Of a stretch of 64,000 bases of DNA, positions 23,661 to 36,379 are shown in pieces. The notes under the pieces were generated by a model that had not been told where the DNA came from, ran no database searches, and worked only from the letters and a program-made list of their open reading frames with translations. Location of the stretch: contig CM075994.1 in the NCBI GenBank assembly GCA_038087875.1, positions 8,990,001-9,054,000 on the forward strand, in the 5' to 3' direction. Each line of letters starts with the position of its first letter. Positions within the stretch are counted from its first letter, which is position 1. Source of the DNA: Malacoraja senta. Its lineage: Eukaryota. Made by a program: the position numbers and the translations under genes.

Positions 23661-25549
23661 GTCGTTGAGGGTGGCACAGTGGCGCAACGGTAGAGTTGCT
23701 GCCTTACAGCGCCAGGTGACCTGGATTCATCCTGACTACAGGCGCTGTCTGTACGGAGTTTATACGTTATCCCTGAGACCGCGTGGATTTTCTCCTGGTG
23801 TTCCGGTTTGCTCCCACACTGCAAATACCTACAGGTTTGTAGGTTAATTGGCTTCGGTATAAATTGTAAACTGCCCCCGGTGTGTAGGATAGAAATGTTT
23901 AAGAAAGAACTGCAAATGCCGGTAAAATCGAAGGTAGACACAAAATGCTGGAGTAACTCAGCGGGTGAGGCAGCATCTCTGGAGAGAAGGAATGGGCGAC
24001 GTTTCTTCAGTCTGAAGAACGGTCTCGACCCGAAACGTCGCCATTTCTTTCTCACCAGAGATGCCTCCTCACCCGCAGAGTTTCTCCAGCATTTTGTGTC
24101 TACCTGTAGGATAGAACTAATGGATGGGGAGATCGTTGGGCGGCGCGGACTCTGTGGGCCGAAGGGACTGTTTCGGCGCAGTATCTCTAAAGCCGCTAAT
24201 GTCTAAAGACCCACTAAAACAGGTTACTGCATTTTATCAACTGTCCCCATTTCTGCAAAAGGTCGTCATTGGTAATGTCCTCATGAAAGGAGACAGTTTC
24301 TTATCCAGGGATTGACACTTGTCCCAGGTGAAGCAGCGATTCCCAGCATCTGTTTAGATCGAGAGTGTTCCATTGCTTTCCTAAGTTATTGTTTATTTTA
24401 GTTAGAGAAACCGAAAGCGGTTTAGAGTCAGAGACTTAGAGTGATACAGTGTGGAAACAGGCCCTTCGGCCCAACTTGTCCGTACCGACCAATATATCCC
24501 ACACAGTACATTCTATCCTTGTCTCTCCCCCACCCCTGACATCAGTCTGAAGGGTCTCGACCAGAAACATCGCCCATTCCTTCTCTCTAGAGATGCCGCT
24601 TGTCCCGCTGAGTTACTCCAGCATTTTATGTCTACCATGTACTCTAGTCCCACCTGCCTGAGTTTGCCCCATATCACTCCACACCTGTCCTATCAATGTA
24701 CCTGTCCAATTGTATCTTAAACGTTGTGATAGTCCCTGCCTCAACTGCCTCCTCTGACAGCTTGTTCCATACACCCACCACCCTCTGTGTGAAAATGTTA
24801 CCCCTCAGTCTCCTATTAAATATTTTTAGTTTAAGTTTACTTTAGTTTAGTTTGTTTTAGTTTAGTTTAGTTTAGTTTAGTTTGGTTTAGTGCAGTTTAG
24901 TGCAGTTTAGGTTGGTTTTGTTCGGTTTAGAATTACAGCGTGGGAACAGGCCCTTCGGCCCACCGAGTCCACGCCGTCCATCCATCAGCCGTTCACATTA
25001 GTTCTGTGTTTTCCCACGTATCCACTCCCTACCCACTGGGGGGCGATTTATCTAGGGCCAATTAGATCTTCAAACCCCGCACGTCTTTGGGATGTGGAAG
25101 GAAATCCACGCGGTCACAGCGAATGCGTGAAAACTCCACACACACTGCACCCGAGGTCAGGATCGAACCCGGTTCTCTGGCGCTGCGAGGCAGCAGCTCG
25201 AACAGCTATTTTACCAGAGGATACGATACGATAGAAATTAACGTATACCAGGAGGGAAATTGATCTGCCAACAGTCATAACAGCACAAAAACACATAGTA
25301 CATGAAACATTAAATTAAAGTGACGAGTGGAACGGATTGGGGGTGTGCAAAGATTGAGGTGGGGGGAGGGGGGGGTGGGGGGAGTCAGTCTCAGTCTTAG
25401 TCTACCCCACGATAGAAGGGGGGGAGTTGTACAGTTTGATAGCCACAGGGAAGAAGGATCTCCTGCAGCGTTCTGTGCTGCAACTTGGTGGAACCAGTCT
25501 GTTGCCTGCCCTCCAAGGCCACCTTCCATGAATCCAACTCCGCCCCCAA

Positions 25550-26810
25550 GACGGTGCCATTCGGCCCTTCGAGCCAGCACCGCCATTCATTGTGATCATG
25601 GCTGATCGTCGCATATCAATAACCCGTGCCTGCCTTCTCCCCATATCCCTTGACTCCACTAGCCCCTAGAGCTCTATCTAACTCTCTCTTAAATCCATCC
25701 AGTGATTTTGCCTCCACTGCTCTCTGTGGCAAGGATTTCCATAAATTCACAACTCTCTGGATGAAAACGTTTTTTCTCACCTCAGTATTAAATGACCTCC
25801 CCTTTATTCGAAGACTGTGGCCCCTGGTTCTGGACTCGCCCAACATTGGGAACATTTTTCCTGCATCTAGCTTGTCCAGTCCTTTTATAATTTTATAGGT
25901 TTCTATAAGATACGCCCACATCCTTCTAAACTCCAGTGAATACAAGCCTAGTATTTTCAATCTTTGCTCATATGACAGTCCCGCCATCCCAGGGATCAAT
26001 CTCGTGAACCTACGCTGCACTGCCTCAATCACAAGGATGTCCTTCCTCAAATTAGGAGACCAAAACTGTAGACAATACTCCAGATGTGGTCTCACCAGAA
26101 CCCTATGCAACTGCAGAAGAACCTCTTTACTCCTATACTGAAATCCACTTGTTATGAAGGCCAACATTCCATTAGCTTTCTTCACTGCCTGCTGTACCTG
26201 CACGCCAACTTTCAGTGACCGGTGTACAAGGACGCCCAGGTCTCGCTGCACCTCCCCCTTACCTAACCTAACCCAATTGAGATAATAATCTGCCCCATTG
26301 TTTTTGCCGCCAAAGTGGATAACCTCACATTTATCTATATTATACTGCATCTGCCCACTCATTCAACCTGTCCAGGTCACACTGCAACCTCCTAACATCC
26401 TCTTCATAGTTCACACTGCCACCCAGCTTTGCGTCATCCGCAAACTTACTAGTGTTGCTCCTAATCCCCTCTTCCAAATCATTAATATATATGGTAAACA
26501 GTTGCGGCCGCAACACCGAGCCTTGCGGCACTCCACACGCCACTGCCTGCCATTCTGAAAAGGACCCGTTCACTCCTACTCTTTGCTTCCGGTCTGCCAA
26601 CCAATGTTCTATCCATGTCAACACCATACCCCCGATACCATGTGCTCTAATTTTAGTCACCATTCTCCAGTGCGGGACCTTATCAAAGGTTTTCTGAAAG
26701 TCTAGATACACTACATCCACTGGCACCCCTTCATCCATTTTACTTGTCACATCCTCAAAAAATTCCAGAAGATTAGTCAAGCATGATTTCCCTTTCATAA
26801 ATCCATGTTG
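25550..26810 (-). mobile_element. CR1-clade LINE, 3' part; host of the L1 insertion, continues at 35031-36140
   Basis: SKFADDAKLGG and CR1 tail motifs. Sequence resumes after target duplication AAATCCATGTTG. Confidence 0.88.
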
Positions 26811-28210
26811 TATCTTCTAATTCCTTAATTGAGATTTGTGCACCCAGTTCTTCTTGTTCCTTCAACTCTAACTTTGGAAGATTACAATTGTCCAAGAACT
26901 CTGTAATTTTATTGGAGTCAGTTGTCGTTTTAGATGTATACAAATTCTCATAAAATTGCGCAAATCTTTTATTAATATCCTTCGGTATGGTTAATAATTC
27001 CCCTCTATCTGATTTAATCTTTGGGATCGTATGTTCTTTTTCTCGTTTTTTTAGCTGGCGTGCCAAAAGTTTATGCGGTTTATCACCAAATTCAAAGTGC
27101 TCCTGTTTTGTAATTTGGAAAAGTCTTACAAGTTTGGCTGATAATAGTTTATTTAATTTGAATTTCAAAATTATTATTTTATTATGTTTATCTATTGATG
27201 GATCTTTAGCATTATCTATATCCATTTGTCTAATAAGTTCTTCTAACTGTCTTTGTTCATTCTTATTCTTTTTATTTTGAAAAGCTTGATATGAGATTAT
27301 AATACCTCTAATGAATGCTTTAAAAGATTCCCATAGTACAGTAGGCGATATATCTGGAGTATCATTTATTTCAAAAAAGGCGTCCATTTGTTCTTTTAAA
27401 TATATACTCGCTTGCGGATCTTTTAGGATTTGAGAATTAAATCTCCAAAACGATTTATTCTTAGACATTCCTTCCAGTTTTAAAAAGAAAGTTGAATGGT
27501 CTGAAATCGAGTGTGTATGGTATGCTGAGTTCAAAGTCTGAGGGATTAATTTTGTATCCACCAGGAAATAATCTATACGTGAGTATGTTTTATGTACCAT
27601 TGAATAAAACGAGTATTCCCTGGCAGTTGGATTAGGAATTCTCCAAACATCTGCTATATTAGTATTGTTTATATGTATTTAAAAGTTCTCCGGTTTTAGA
27701 TTTCGTATTCCCTCTCTGTTTTTGACTTGATTTGTCTAAATACGGATCTAAAACACAGTTAAAGTCTCCTCCTATTATAACATTTTGATAATTAAACTCT
27801 GCGATTATGTTCAGAATTTTATTGAAAAAACGAGGGTTGTCAAAGTTAGGCGCGTATATATTTACCAAAGTAATTGGAGTATCATGAATTTCACCGTTAA
27901 CTATCAAATATCTCCCTTCAATGTCTGTTATGGTATTCTTTGCTTTGAATGGTATACCTTTTCTAATAATGATTGACGTACCTCTAGATTTCGAAGTATA
28001 TGAAGAATGGTATATTTGACCTATCCATTTCGCCCTCAACCTAGCTTGATCCTGAGATTTTAGATGAGTTTCTTGTAAGAAGATGATGTCAGAATTGTAC
28101 AGTTTCAGCTGAGCTAGTATTTTACCCCTTTTAATAGGTTCGTTAATACCTCTTATAGTCCAACTGCAGAATGAGACTCCTCCTAGGTTCTTCTGTTTAG
28201 CATCTTGCAT
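26811..28210 (-). pseudogene. L1 ORF2 N-terminus (APE endonuclease), frameshifted
   Basis: FLQETH, NIYAPN, GGDFN, YSRIDYFL and SDHS motifs. Confidence 0.88.
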
Positions 28211-29243
28211 TTTGAATAATTATAGTACCTTTCAATCTTGTGGTGCAACCATATCCCAGGTCTTTGGGTATTGGGGGAACCTTTGAATTACTAAGTTTTG
28301 TTGGCATATCCCTTTTACGCTTATCACTAAACACAAAACACAAACATATGAGTTTATGTGATAATAATAATTTAAAAAAAATTGAAAAAGTGAAAATTCA
28401 GTGTCTAAAATAGTCGACACTGTAACAATTGGCCCACCTGTAGGTGGGAGAAAACCTTGTTTCGACTTCCATTGTTGATGTTAAACGAATAACTCCGCTC
28501 TCTTGGTTAATCATAACATATTAGAGCGGGGCCTCACATTCAGATATATGATACAAATTTACCCTATATATTTCTTTATAACATATCATATATAAATATC
28601 GCAATTTTAGCTACTAATTATTAAACAAATGATTTTAGCTTCAATAATAGTCAACTGTTGGTTGAAGGGGTTAACGAAACGCGCCCCTGGACCTAAGCCA
28701 GGTGCTCGTTTCTCATCCCCTCTTCCCAGTTATAGATAAGGTTTTGATTTAGTAAAAATTTATATTAGTTTTGTTAGTTCGTTACTTTTTATTTTTATTA
28801 GCGTCCGTTACTATACTAGTTTAATATTGATAACTTGTTAAATTGTTAGGTTGTTAATAGGATCAATTCTTACAGTTGGATTTAATATTATAATCTGTTA
28901 AACAATTAATGCTTCTGGTATAGTCCATGCTCTTGAGTTCGGCTGTTTACTTCGTTTGGAACACAGAATGTCCTTGAGTCAAAATTCCACAGATAACAGT
29001 CTCGCCATCCTAAACAAAACATTGCTTGAAATGGTTCTGAGCTGCCGAACCTCCATTAACCGTGGAATTCTAATAAAAAAGAGGATTTATTCATACCATT
29101 AATTTCTACTTTTCAACGATGCTCTGGGCATATTTGTACGCCTCCTCCGGTTTTACAAATGATCTTTCCCGTCCATTATAAGAATTACGCATTTTGGCTG
29201 GATAAAAAACACCGTATCTGACACCTTGTTTCCCTCTTAAAAG

Positions 29244-30179
29244 TTATTTTGCCTTTCCGAATTGATTTCTCTTTTGCACAATTTCATACGGATAGTCCGT
29301 GAATATTTTGATAATGTCATTATCCAACCGCAATTGCACTCCGTATTTAATTTTACTCATCACCTCTTCCAGTTCTGAAATGTCTCGAGATTTCACAATA
29401 ATATGTCGTGGGTGGTCTTTTCCAGCTTGAGGTCTCGGTTTAAATCTTGGAACCCGATGAGCCACTTCAATTTTCGGTTCTTTGGAGAGATTAAGCAGTT
29501 GTTTAAGTAAGTCCATGGCAAACGCACGAACGTCCCTTCCCTCAGTTCCCTCTGAGACGCCAAGAATTCTCAAATTCTGGCGTCTAGAGCGAGCTTCCAG
29601 GTCCAGGCATTTGTCTGAGACTTTCCCCAGTTGAATCACCATCTGTAGTGAAGTTTGCTCATTTTCTTGCTTCATTTGGTCATGTTCTTGCCTCATTTTA
29701 ACCATGTCTTCAACCACTCGAGCTATATTTTTCTCCAGTTCCGTAATTGTGGCCATACTTGCAGCTACTGTTTCAAGCACAACCGTGAACCTGTCCGTAG
29801 TAATTTCATCCATCTTGTCCATTCCCCCCGACAGTCCATCTTTCACATCATCAATTCGTTTATTTATAGTGTCCAGTGAATCAGCCACCTTCTGATTACC
29901 AGCATTCGAATCCTGCATCACCTTTTCGATTTTTTCCATCATTTGTCCCATCAGAGTTTTATTTTCATCCATAATTTCATCTTTCATATCCTTCACTGAT
30001 TTCTTCAAATCCTCAAGTTCTTTATCTTTATCCTTAGTCAGCTCTGTCATAGATCTTGTATCCATTTCTGCAGCCACTTCAGAAACTTCAGAGGTAACTT
30101 CTCCTTCAGGCTTCTTCAATTTTTTCAGCGGCATTTTAACTGATCTCTGAGGGCTCTTGGCTGGAGACAGTTTTCTCAT
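29244..30179 (-). CDS. L1 ORF1p (coiled coil plus RRM)
   Basis: 311-aa ORF with a coiled-coil region and LEARSRRQNLRILGVSEG motif. Confidence 0.85.
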   Translation of the reverse strand: MRKLSPAKSPQRSVKMPLKKLKKPEGEVTSEVSEVAAEMDTRSMTELTKDKDKELEDLKKSVKDMKDEIMDENKTLMGQMMEKIEKVMQDSNAGNQKVADSLDTINKRIDDVKDGLSGGMDKMDEITTDRFTVVLETVAASMATITELEKNIARVVEDMVKMRQEHDQMKQENEQTSLQMVIQLGKVSDKCLDLEARSRRQNLRILGVSEGTEGRDVRAFAMDLLKQLLNLSKEPKIEVAHRVPRFKPRPQAGKDHPRHIIVKSRDISELEEVMSKIKYGVQLRLDNDIIKIFTDYPYEIVQKRNQFGKAK

Positions 30180-30270
30180 TTAAAAACCTTTAAGCCACCG
30201 TTTAAAACATCGCGCTTACTGATGACGTCATCAGCCCGGCGACCAGAAGCTCCGGTAAGGTGTTTTAATC

Positions 30271-32580
30271 CTTAATAAGGAATTAGAAGATACAATAAAC
30301 TCATTAAAGAATGGAAAAACACCAGGTCCTGATGGATTTACTAATGAATTTTATAAAAGCTTTTATGACAAAATTATACCACGATTACAAAAAGTGTATC
30401 AATATGCTTTAAAAAAACAAGTATTACCTGATACATTAGCTGAATCATCGATCACACTAATACTTAAAAAAGACAAAGATATAGAAGAACCGGGTTCATA
30501 TAGAGCTATAGCATTGTTAAATACAGATCAAAAAATATTAGCGAAAACATTAGCTAGAAGATTAAGTAAATATATTAGTAAACTAATAAACCCAGATCAG
30601 ACGGGGTTTATCCCTAAGAGATATTCATCTAATAATATGAGACGTCTACTCAATATAATGCACTCACACAAAATTGAAGAACAAGAATTATCAATTATTT
30701 CGCTGGACGCTGAAAAAGCATTTGACCAAGTAGAATGGAATTATATGGATAAAGTATACAAAAATTCCAACTGGGAGAGAATTTTATTTTATGGATTAAA
30801 CTATTATATAATAGTTTAATTATTATATAATAAACCTACAGCTAGAATATTAACTAATAACATATTATCCTCGAAATTTCAACTATCAAGGGGAAATAGA
30901 CAAGGATGCTCATTATCACCACAGTTGTTTGCTCTCATAATTGAACCGTTAGCAGAAAAAATTAGAACACATCCAGATATCCATGGGTATAATACTAAAT
31001 ATTCAAATAATAAAATATCTTTATACGCGTATGATATATTATTGTACATTACAAAACCTCAAATTACTACATCAAACATATTAAGTTTAATTGAGGACTT
31101 TGGATCTTTTTCTGGATACAGAATAAATTGGAATAAAAGTGAAATTATGTCAATAAAACCGAAAGACTGAACACATCTTTTAAAATTCTCTTTTAAAATA
31201 GCTACAGAAAAATTTAAATACTTGGGTATTGAAATCACTAGAACATATCAAGGCATGTTTAAAGCAAATTTTGATCCTTTACTTAATAAATTAAATACAC
31301 GAATTAAATTTTGGAAAACGCTCCCGATGTCTTTAATAGGCCGAATAAATGCAATAAAAATGATCTTCTTACCACAAATTTTATACCTATTTCAATAGTG
31401 TCCAATATACCTACCAAAGAAGTTTAAAAAAAAACTGGATTCAGACATTACTAATTTTATATGGGACTATAAATCACATAGAATACAAAGAACACACTTG
31501 AACAAAGCTAAAGTATTAGGGGGCTTAGCACTCCCTAACTTCATGTATTATTATTGGTCAGTAAATATTAAAAATATGATTCAACTGATGGACAACTCTG
31601 CCCAGCAAGTGGACTGGATTGTAATGGAGAGAGAGGACTGCTCCTCTGGAAACATTGGAGCGATCATCCTCTCACCAATGAAACTGAATAACATAAATTA
31701 TAACAAAAACCCAATTATACATAGTACAATCAGAACTTGGAAACAAATAAAACAAAATTTAAAATTAAGAAATCTATCACTGTTATCTCCAATAGTTAAT
31801 AACCCCTCGTTTAATCCCTCTATTACAGACAAATCTTTTATACAATGGGATAGACTAGGAATTAAAACGTTCAGTGACTTGTATGAAACTGGAAAATTAT
31901 TATTATTCCAACAATTACAAATAAAATATAAACTGGGAAATAATCAATATTTTAAATATTTTCAAATATGTGACTATTTGAAAAAATATACAAAAGATCA
32001 TTATAATATCCCAGCAGATGTACTGGATGAAGCAATGCAGATAAAAGCTGGATCAGCAAACTTAATATCATATTTGTATAATATTATCTTAAATGTAGAA
32101 ATACCATCTACGGAAGGTATTAGAAGAGACTGGGAACAAGAATTAGCTATTAAAATCTCAAAGGAAAGGTGGAATGAACATTTACTAAACGTGCATTAAT
32201 GTTCGCTTAATGTAAGACACACTTTAATACAATTTAAAATTGTACATAGATTATATTATTCCCAAACTAAAATGAATAAAATGTTCCCAAATGTATCATC
32301 CATTTGTGATAAATGTCAATCTGAAGAAGCTACTATAGCGCATTCATTTGTTTTCTGTACGAAAATTCAAACATTTTGGATTGACATTTTTGAAATCTAT
32401 ACAAAATTATTTAAAATAAAACTGATACCTAAAGCAGAATGGATTATCTTCGGAACAACGGAAGATAGTCCAGAACTAAATGTGTTTCAAAAGAAATTAA
32501 TAGACTATGGGTTAATAACTGGAAAAAAGTTAATCCTAAAATTCTGGAAAAACGCTCCAATACCAACTATAAACGCTCCA
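30271..32580 (+). pseudogene. L1 ORF2 RT and C-terminus, disrupted; ends at 34500-34629
   Basis: KTPGPDGF, YRAIALLNTD, SLDAEKAFD, RQGCSLSP and LYAYD motifs with stops and frameshifts. Confidence 0.88.
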
Positions 32581-32589
32581 ATACCAACG

Positions 32590-34503
32590 AGAGTCTTAAG
32601 AAAGAAATTAGAAAAGCTAAAAGAAGATATGAGGTTGATTTGGCAAGTAAGGTGAAAGTAAATCCAAAGGGTTTCTACAGCTATATTAATAGCAAAAGGA
32701 TAACGAGGGATAAAATTGGTCCATTAGAGAGTCAGAGTGGACAGGTATCTGCAGAGCCAAAAGAGATGGGGGAGATATTGAACAATTTCTTTTCTTCGGT
32801 ATTCACCAAGGAGAAGGATATTGAATTATGTGAGGTAAGGGAAACAAGTAGAGTAGCTATGGAAACTATGAGATTCAAAGAAGAGGAAGTACTGACACTT
32901 TTGAGAAATATAAAAGTGGATAAGTCTCCAGGTCTGGATAGGATATTCCCTAGGACATTGGGGGAAGTTAGTGTACAAATAGCAGGGGCTATGACAGAAA
33001 TATTTCAAATGTCATTGGAAACGGCAATAGTGCCGGAGGATTGGCGTACTGCGCATGTTGTTTCATTGTTTAAAAAGGGGTCTAAGAGTAAACCTAGCAA
33101 TTATAGACATGTTAGTTTGACGTCAGTGGTGGGCAAATTAATGGAAAGGATACTAAGAGATAATATATATAAGCATCTGGATAAACAGGGGCTGATTAGG
33201 AACAGTGAACATGGATTTTTGCCTGGAAGGTCATGTTTGACTAATCTTCTTGAATTATTTGAAGCGGTTACTCGGGAAATTGATGAGGGTAAAGCCGTGG
33301 ATGTTGCATATATGGACTTCAGTAAGGCCTTTGACAAGGTTCCTCACGGAAGGTTGGTTAAGAAGGTTCAATGGTTGGGTATTAATGGTGGAGTAGCAAG
33401 ATGGATTCAACAGTGGCTGAATGGGAGATGCCAGAGAGTAATGGTGGATGGTTGTTTGTCAGGTTGGAGGCGAGTGACTAGTGGGGTGCCACAGGGATCT
33501 GTGTTGGGTCCACTGTTGTTTGTCATGTACATCAATGATCTGGATGATGGAGTGGTAAATTGGATTAGTAAGTATGCAGATGATACTAAGATAGGTGGGG
33601 CTGTGGATAATGTAGTAGATTTTCAAAGTCTACAGAGAGATTTATGCCGGTTGGAAGAGTGGGCTGAAAGATGGCAGATGGAATTTAATGCTGATAAGTG
33701 TGAGGTGCTACATCTTGGCAGGACAAATCAAAATAGGACGTACATGGTAAATGGTAGGGAATTGAAGAATGCAGGTGAACAGAGGGATCTTGGAATAACT
33801 GTGCACAGTTCCCTGAAAGTGGAATCTCATGTAGATAGGGTGGTAAAGAAAGCTTTTGGTGTGCTGGCTTTTATAAATCAGAGCATTGAGTATAGATGTT
33901 GGGATGCAATGTTAAAATTGTACAAGGCATTGGTGAGGCCAATTCTGGAGTATGGTGTACAATTTTGGTCGCCTAATTATAGGAAGGATGTCAACAAAAT
34001 AGAGAGAGTACAGAGGAGATTTACTAGAATGTTGCCTGGGTTTCAACAACTAAGTTACAGAGAAAGGTTGAACAAGTTAGGGCTTTATTCTTTGGAGCGC
34101 AGAAGGTTAAGGGGGACTTGATAGAGGTCTTTAAAATGATGAGAGGGATAGACAGAGTTGACGTGGATAAGCTTTTCCCACTGAAAGTAGGGAAGATTCA
34201 AACAAGGGGACATGACTTGAGAATTAAGGGACAGACGTTTAGGGGTAACATGAGGGGGAACCTCTTTACTCAGAGAGTGGTAGCTGTGTGGAATGAGCTT
34301 CCAGTGAAGGTGGTGGAGGCAGGTTCGTTTTTATCATTTAAAAATAAATTGGATAGTTATATGGACGGGAAAGGAATGGAGGGTTATGGTCTGAGCGCAG
34401 GTATATGGGACTAGGGGAGAATACGTGTTCGGCACGGACTAGAAGGGTCGAGATGGCCTGTTTCCGTGCTATAATTGTTATATGGTTATATGGTTATATG
34501 GTT
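32590..34503 (+). mobile_element. CR1-clade LINE inserted in the L1
   Basis: 493-aa RT ORF 32640-34121 (YMDFSKAFD, PQGSVLGP, KYADD) and (TATGGT)n tail. Confidence 0.9.
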
Positions 34504-35030
34504 ATAAACATGTGGATTTCAAATATATTCGAAACATTACACCTAGAAGAGATAATACTCCTCCTGGCAGGTAAACCAGATCACTTCCACCTGACGTGGT
34601 CTGCATTTATAGAATTATTACAAGTATAGGGTGCAAACGTACTTTAAAAAAAAACCTGAGGTCAGGTAAAGGATGAAAGCTGGAGAGTTGGTATATCCCA
34701 TTTGCGTGATGCTTATAATAAAGTATTTGTTTTTCTCTTTTTTCCTCTTTCTCTTTTCTTTTCTTCTTTAGGGTCTATCTCTACATCCTTTCTTCTTAAT
34801 TTCTTTTCTACAGGGTCTCTGTTCTTCCTTGTTGTCACGCTTTTTCACCTTCACTATTTTCCTTCACTTTCTCTTTTTTCTTAATCTCAACCATTCCTTT
34901 TTATTAGGGAAAAAATGACGGAGTACATTAATTGTAATAAGATATACGTGATGAGTACTAATGTAATTGGTTGTAATGTAATGTACTTCCAATAAATAAA
35001 AATAAATTAAAAAAAATAAAAAATAAAAAA

Positions 35031-36140
35031 TCCATGTTGACTTGAACTAATCCTTTTACCGCTATCCAAATGCCCCATTATTACCTCTTTAATAATTGAC
35101 TCCAGCATCTTTCCCACCACTGAAGTCAGGCTAACTGGTATGTAATTCCCCGTTTTCTCTCTCGCTCCTTTCTTGAAAAGTGGGATAACATTAGCTATCC
35201 TCCAATCCACAGGAACTGATCCTGAATCTATAGAACGTTGGAAAATGATCACCAATGCGTGCACTATTTCTAGAGCCACCTCCCTGAGTACCCTGGGATG
35301 CAGACCATCAGGCCCAGGGGATTTATCATCCTTCAGTCCCATTAGCCTACCCAATACTCTTTCTCGCGTCATGAAAATGTCTTTCAGTTCCTCTACCCCC
35401 TTAGATCCTCTGCCCTCCAGTAAATCTGGGAGATTGTTTGTGTCTTCCTTAGTGAAGACAGATCCGAAGTACCTATTAAACTCTTCTGCCATTTCCTTGT
35501 TGCCCATAATAATTTCACCCATGTCTGCCTTCAAGGGACCCACATTTGACTTTGCTACTCCTTTTCCCTTAACATATCTAAGGAAGCTTTTACTGTCCTT
35601 CTTTATATTCCTGGCCAGCTTCCCTTCATACTTCATCTTTTCAGTCCGTATTGCCCGTTTTGTTTCCTTCTGTTGTCGTATGAAAATTTCCCAATCCTCT
35701 GGCTTCCGGCTACTCTTTGCTGTGTTATACATCTTTCCTTTTAGTTTTATTCTATCCCTAACTTCTCTTGTCAGCCACGGTTGCCTCCTACTCCCCTTAG
35801 AATCTTTCTTTCTTTTTGGAATGAAATGATCCTGCGTCTTCCGGATTATGCCCCAAAATTCCTGCCATTACTGTTCCACCGTCATTCCTGCTAGGATCCC
35901 TTTCCAGTCTACTTTGGCCATCTCCTCTCTCATGCCTTCATAGTCCCCTTTGTTCAATTGCATCACTACCACTTCTGATTTAACGTTCTCCTTCTCAAAT
36001 TGCAGATTAAAACTAATCATATTATGATCACTACCTCCAAGCGGTTCCTTTACCTCGAGTTCTCTTATCATATCTGGTTCATTGGACAACACTAAATCCA
36101 GAATTGCCTTTTCTCTGGTCGGCTCCATTACAAGTTGCTC
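35031..36140 (-). mobile_element. CR1-clade LINE, 5' continuation of 25550-26810
   Basis: KSPGPDGLHPRVL and SDHNMISF motifs. Confidence 0.85.
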
Positions 36141-36379
36141 TGAAAATCTTGATGATTTTTTTTAAATTTCATGAGTAAAGATCAGAATATGTTTAGTTTG
36201 CTTCCACTTGCTTGAAGTCAACTGTACCCCTATGTTGATATGATGATCGGCCCTGTTACTAGGGATACGGGATCCAATTATCCACGTTTGATCCAGACCC
36301 AGAGTGCTGTCTGAATAGAGTTTGCACATCTCCCAATGCACTTCTTGGGGTTACTTGTATGCTCCAGGTTTAAGGCTAA

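Larger units (their letters stand above)
12093..25555 (+). repeat. Segmental duplication unit A (visible part)
   Basis: Colinear with unit B. Anchors: 12228/39995, 14408/41087, 16601/44431, 18677/46124, 20073/50985, ~25555/~59535. Confidence 0.9.
26811..35030. mobile_element. Full-length L1-clade LINE with inverted 5' half
   Basis: 5' UTR, ORF1 and endonuclease on - (30255-26811). RT, 3' UTR and poly(A) on + (30271-35030). 12-bp TSD at 26799-26810 and 35028-35039. Confidence 0.88.

Noticed and set aside
30219-30234. Perfect palindrome CTGATGACGTCATCAG containing a CRE
   Set aside because: Part of the L1 5' UTR. Plausible internal promoter element, but no independent support.
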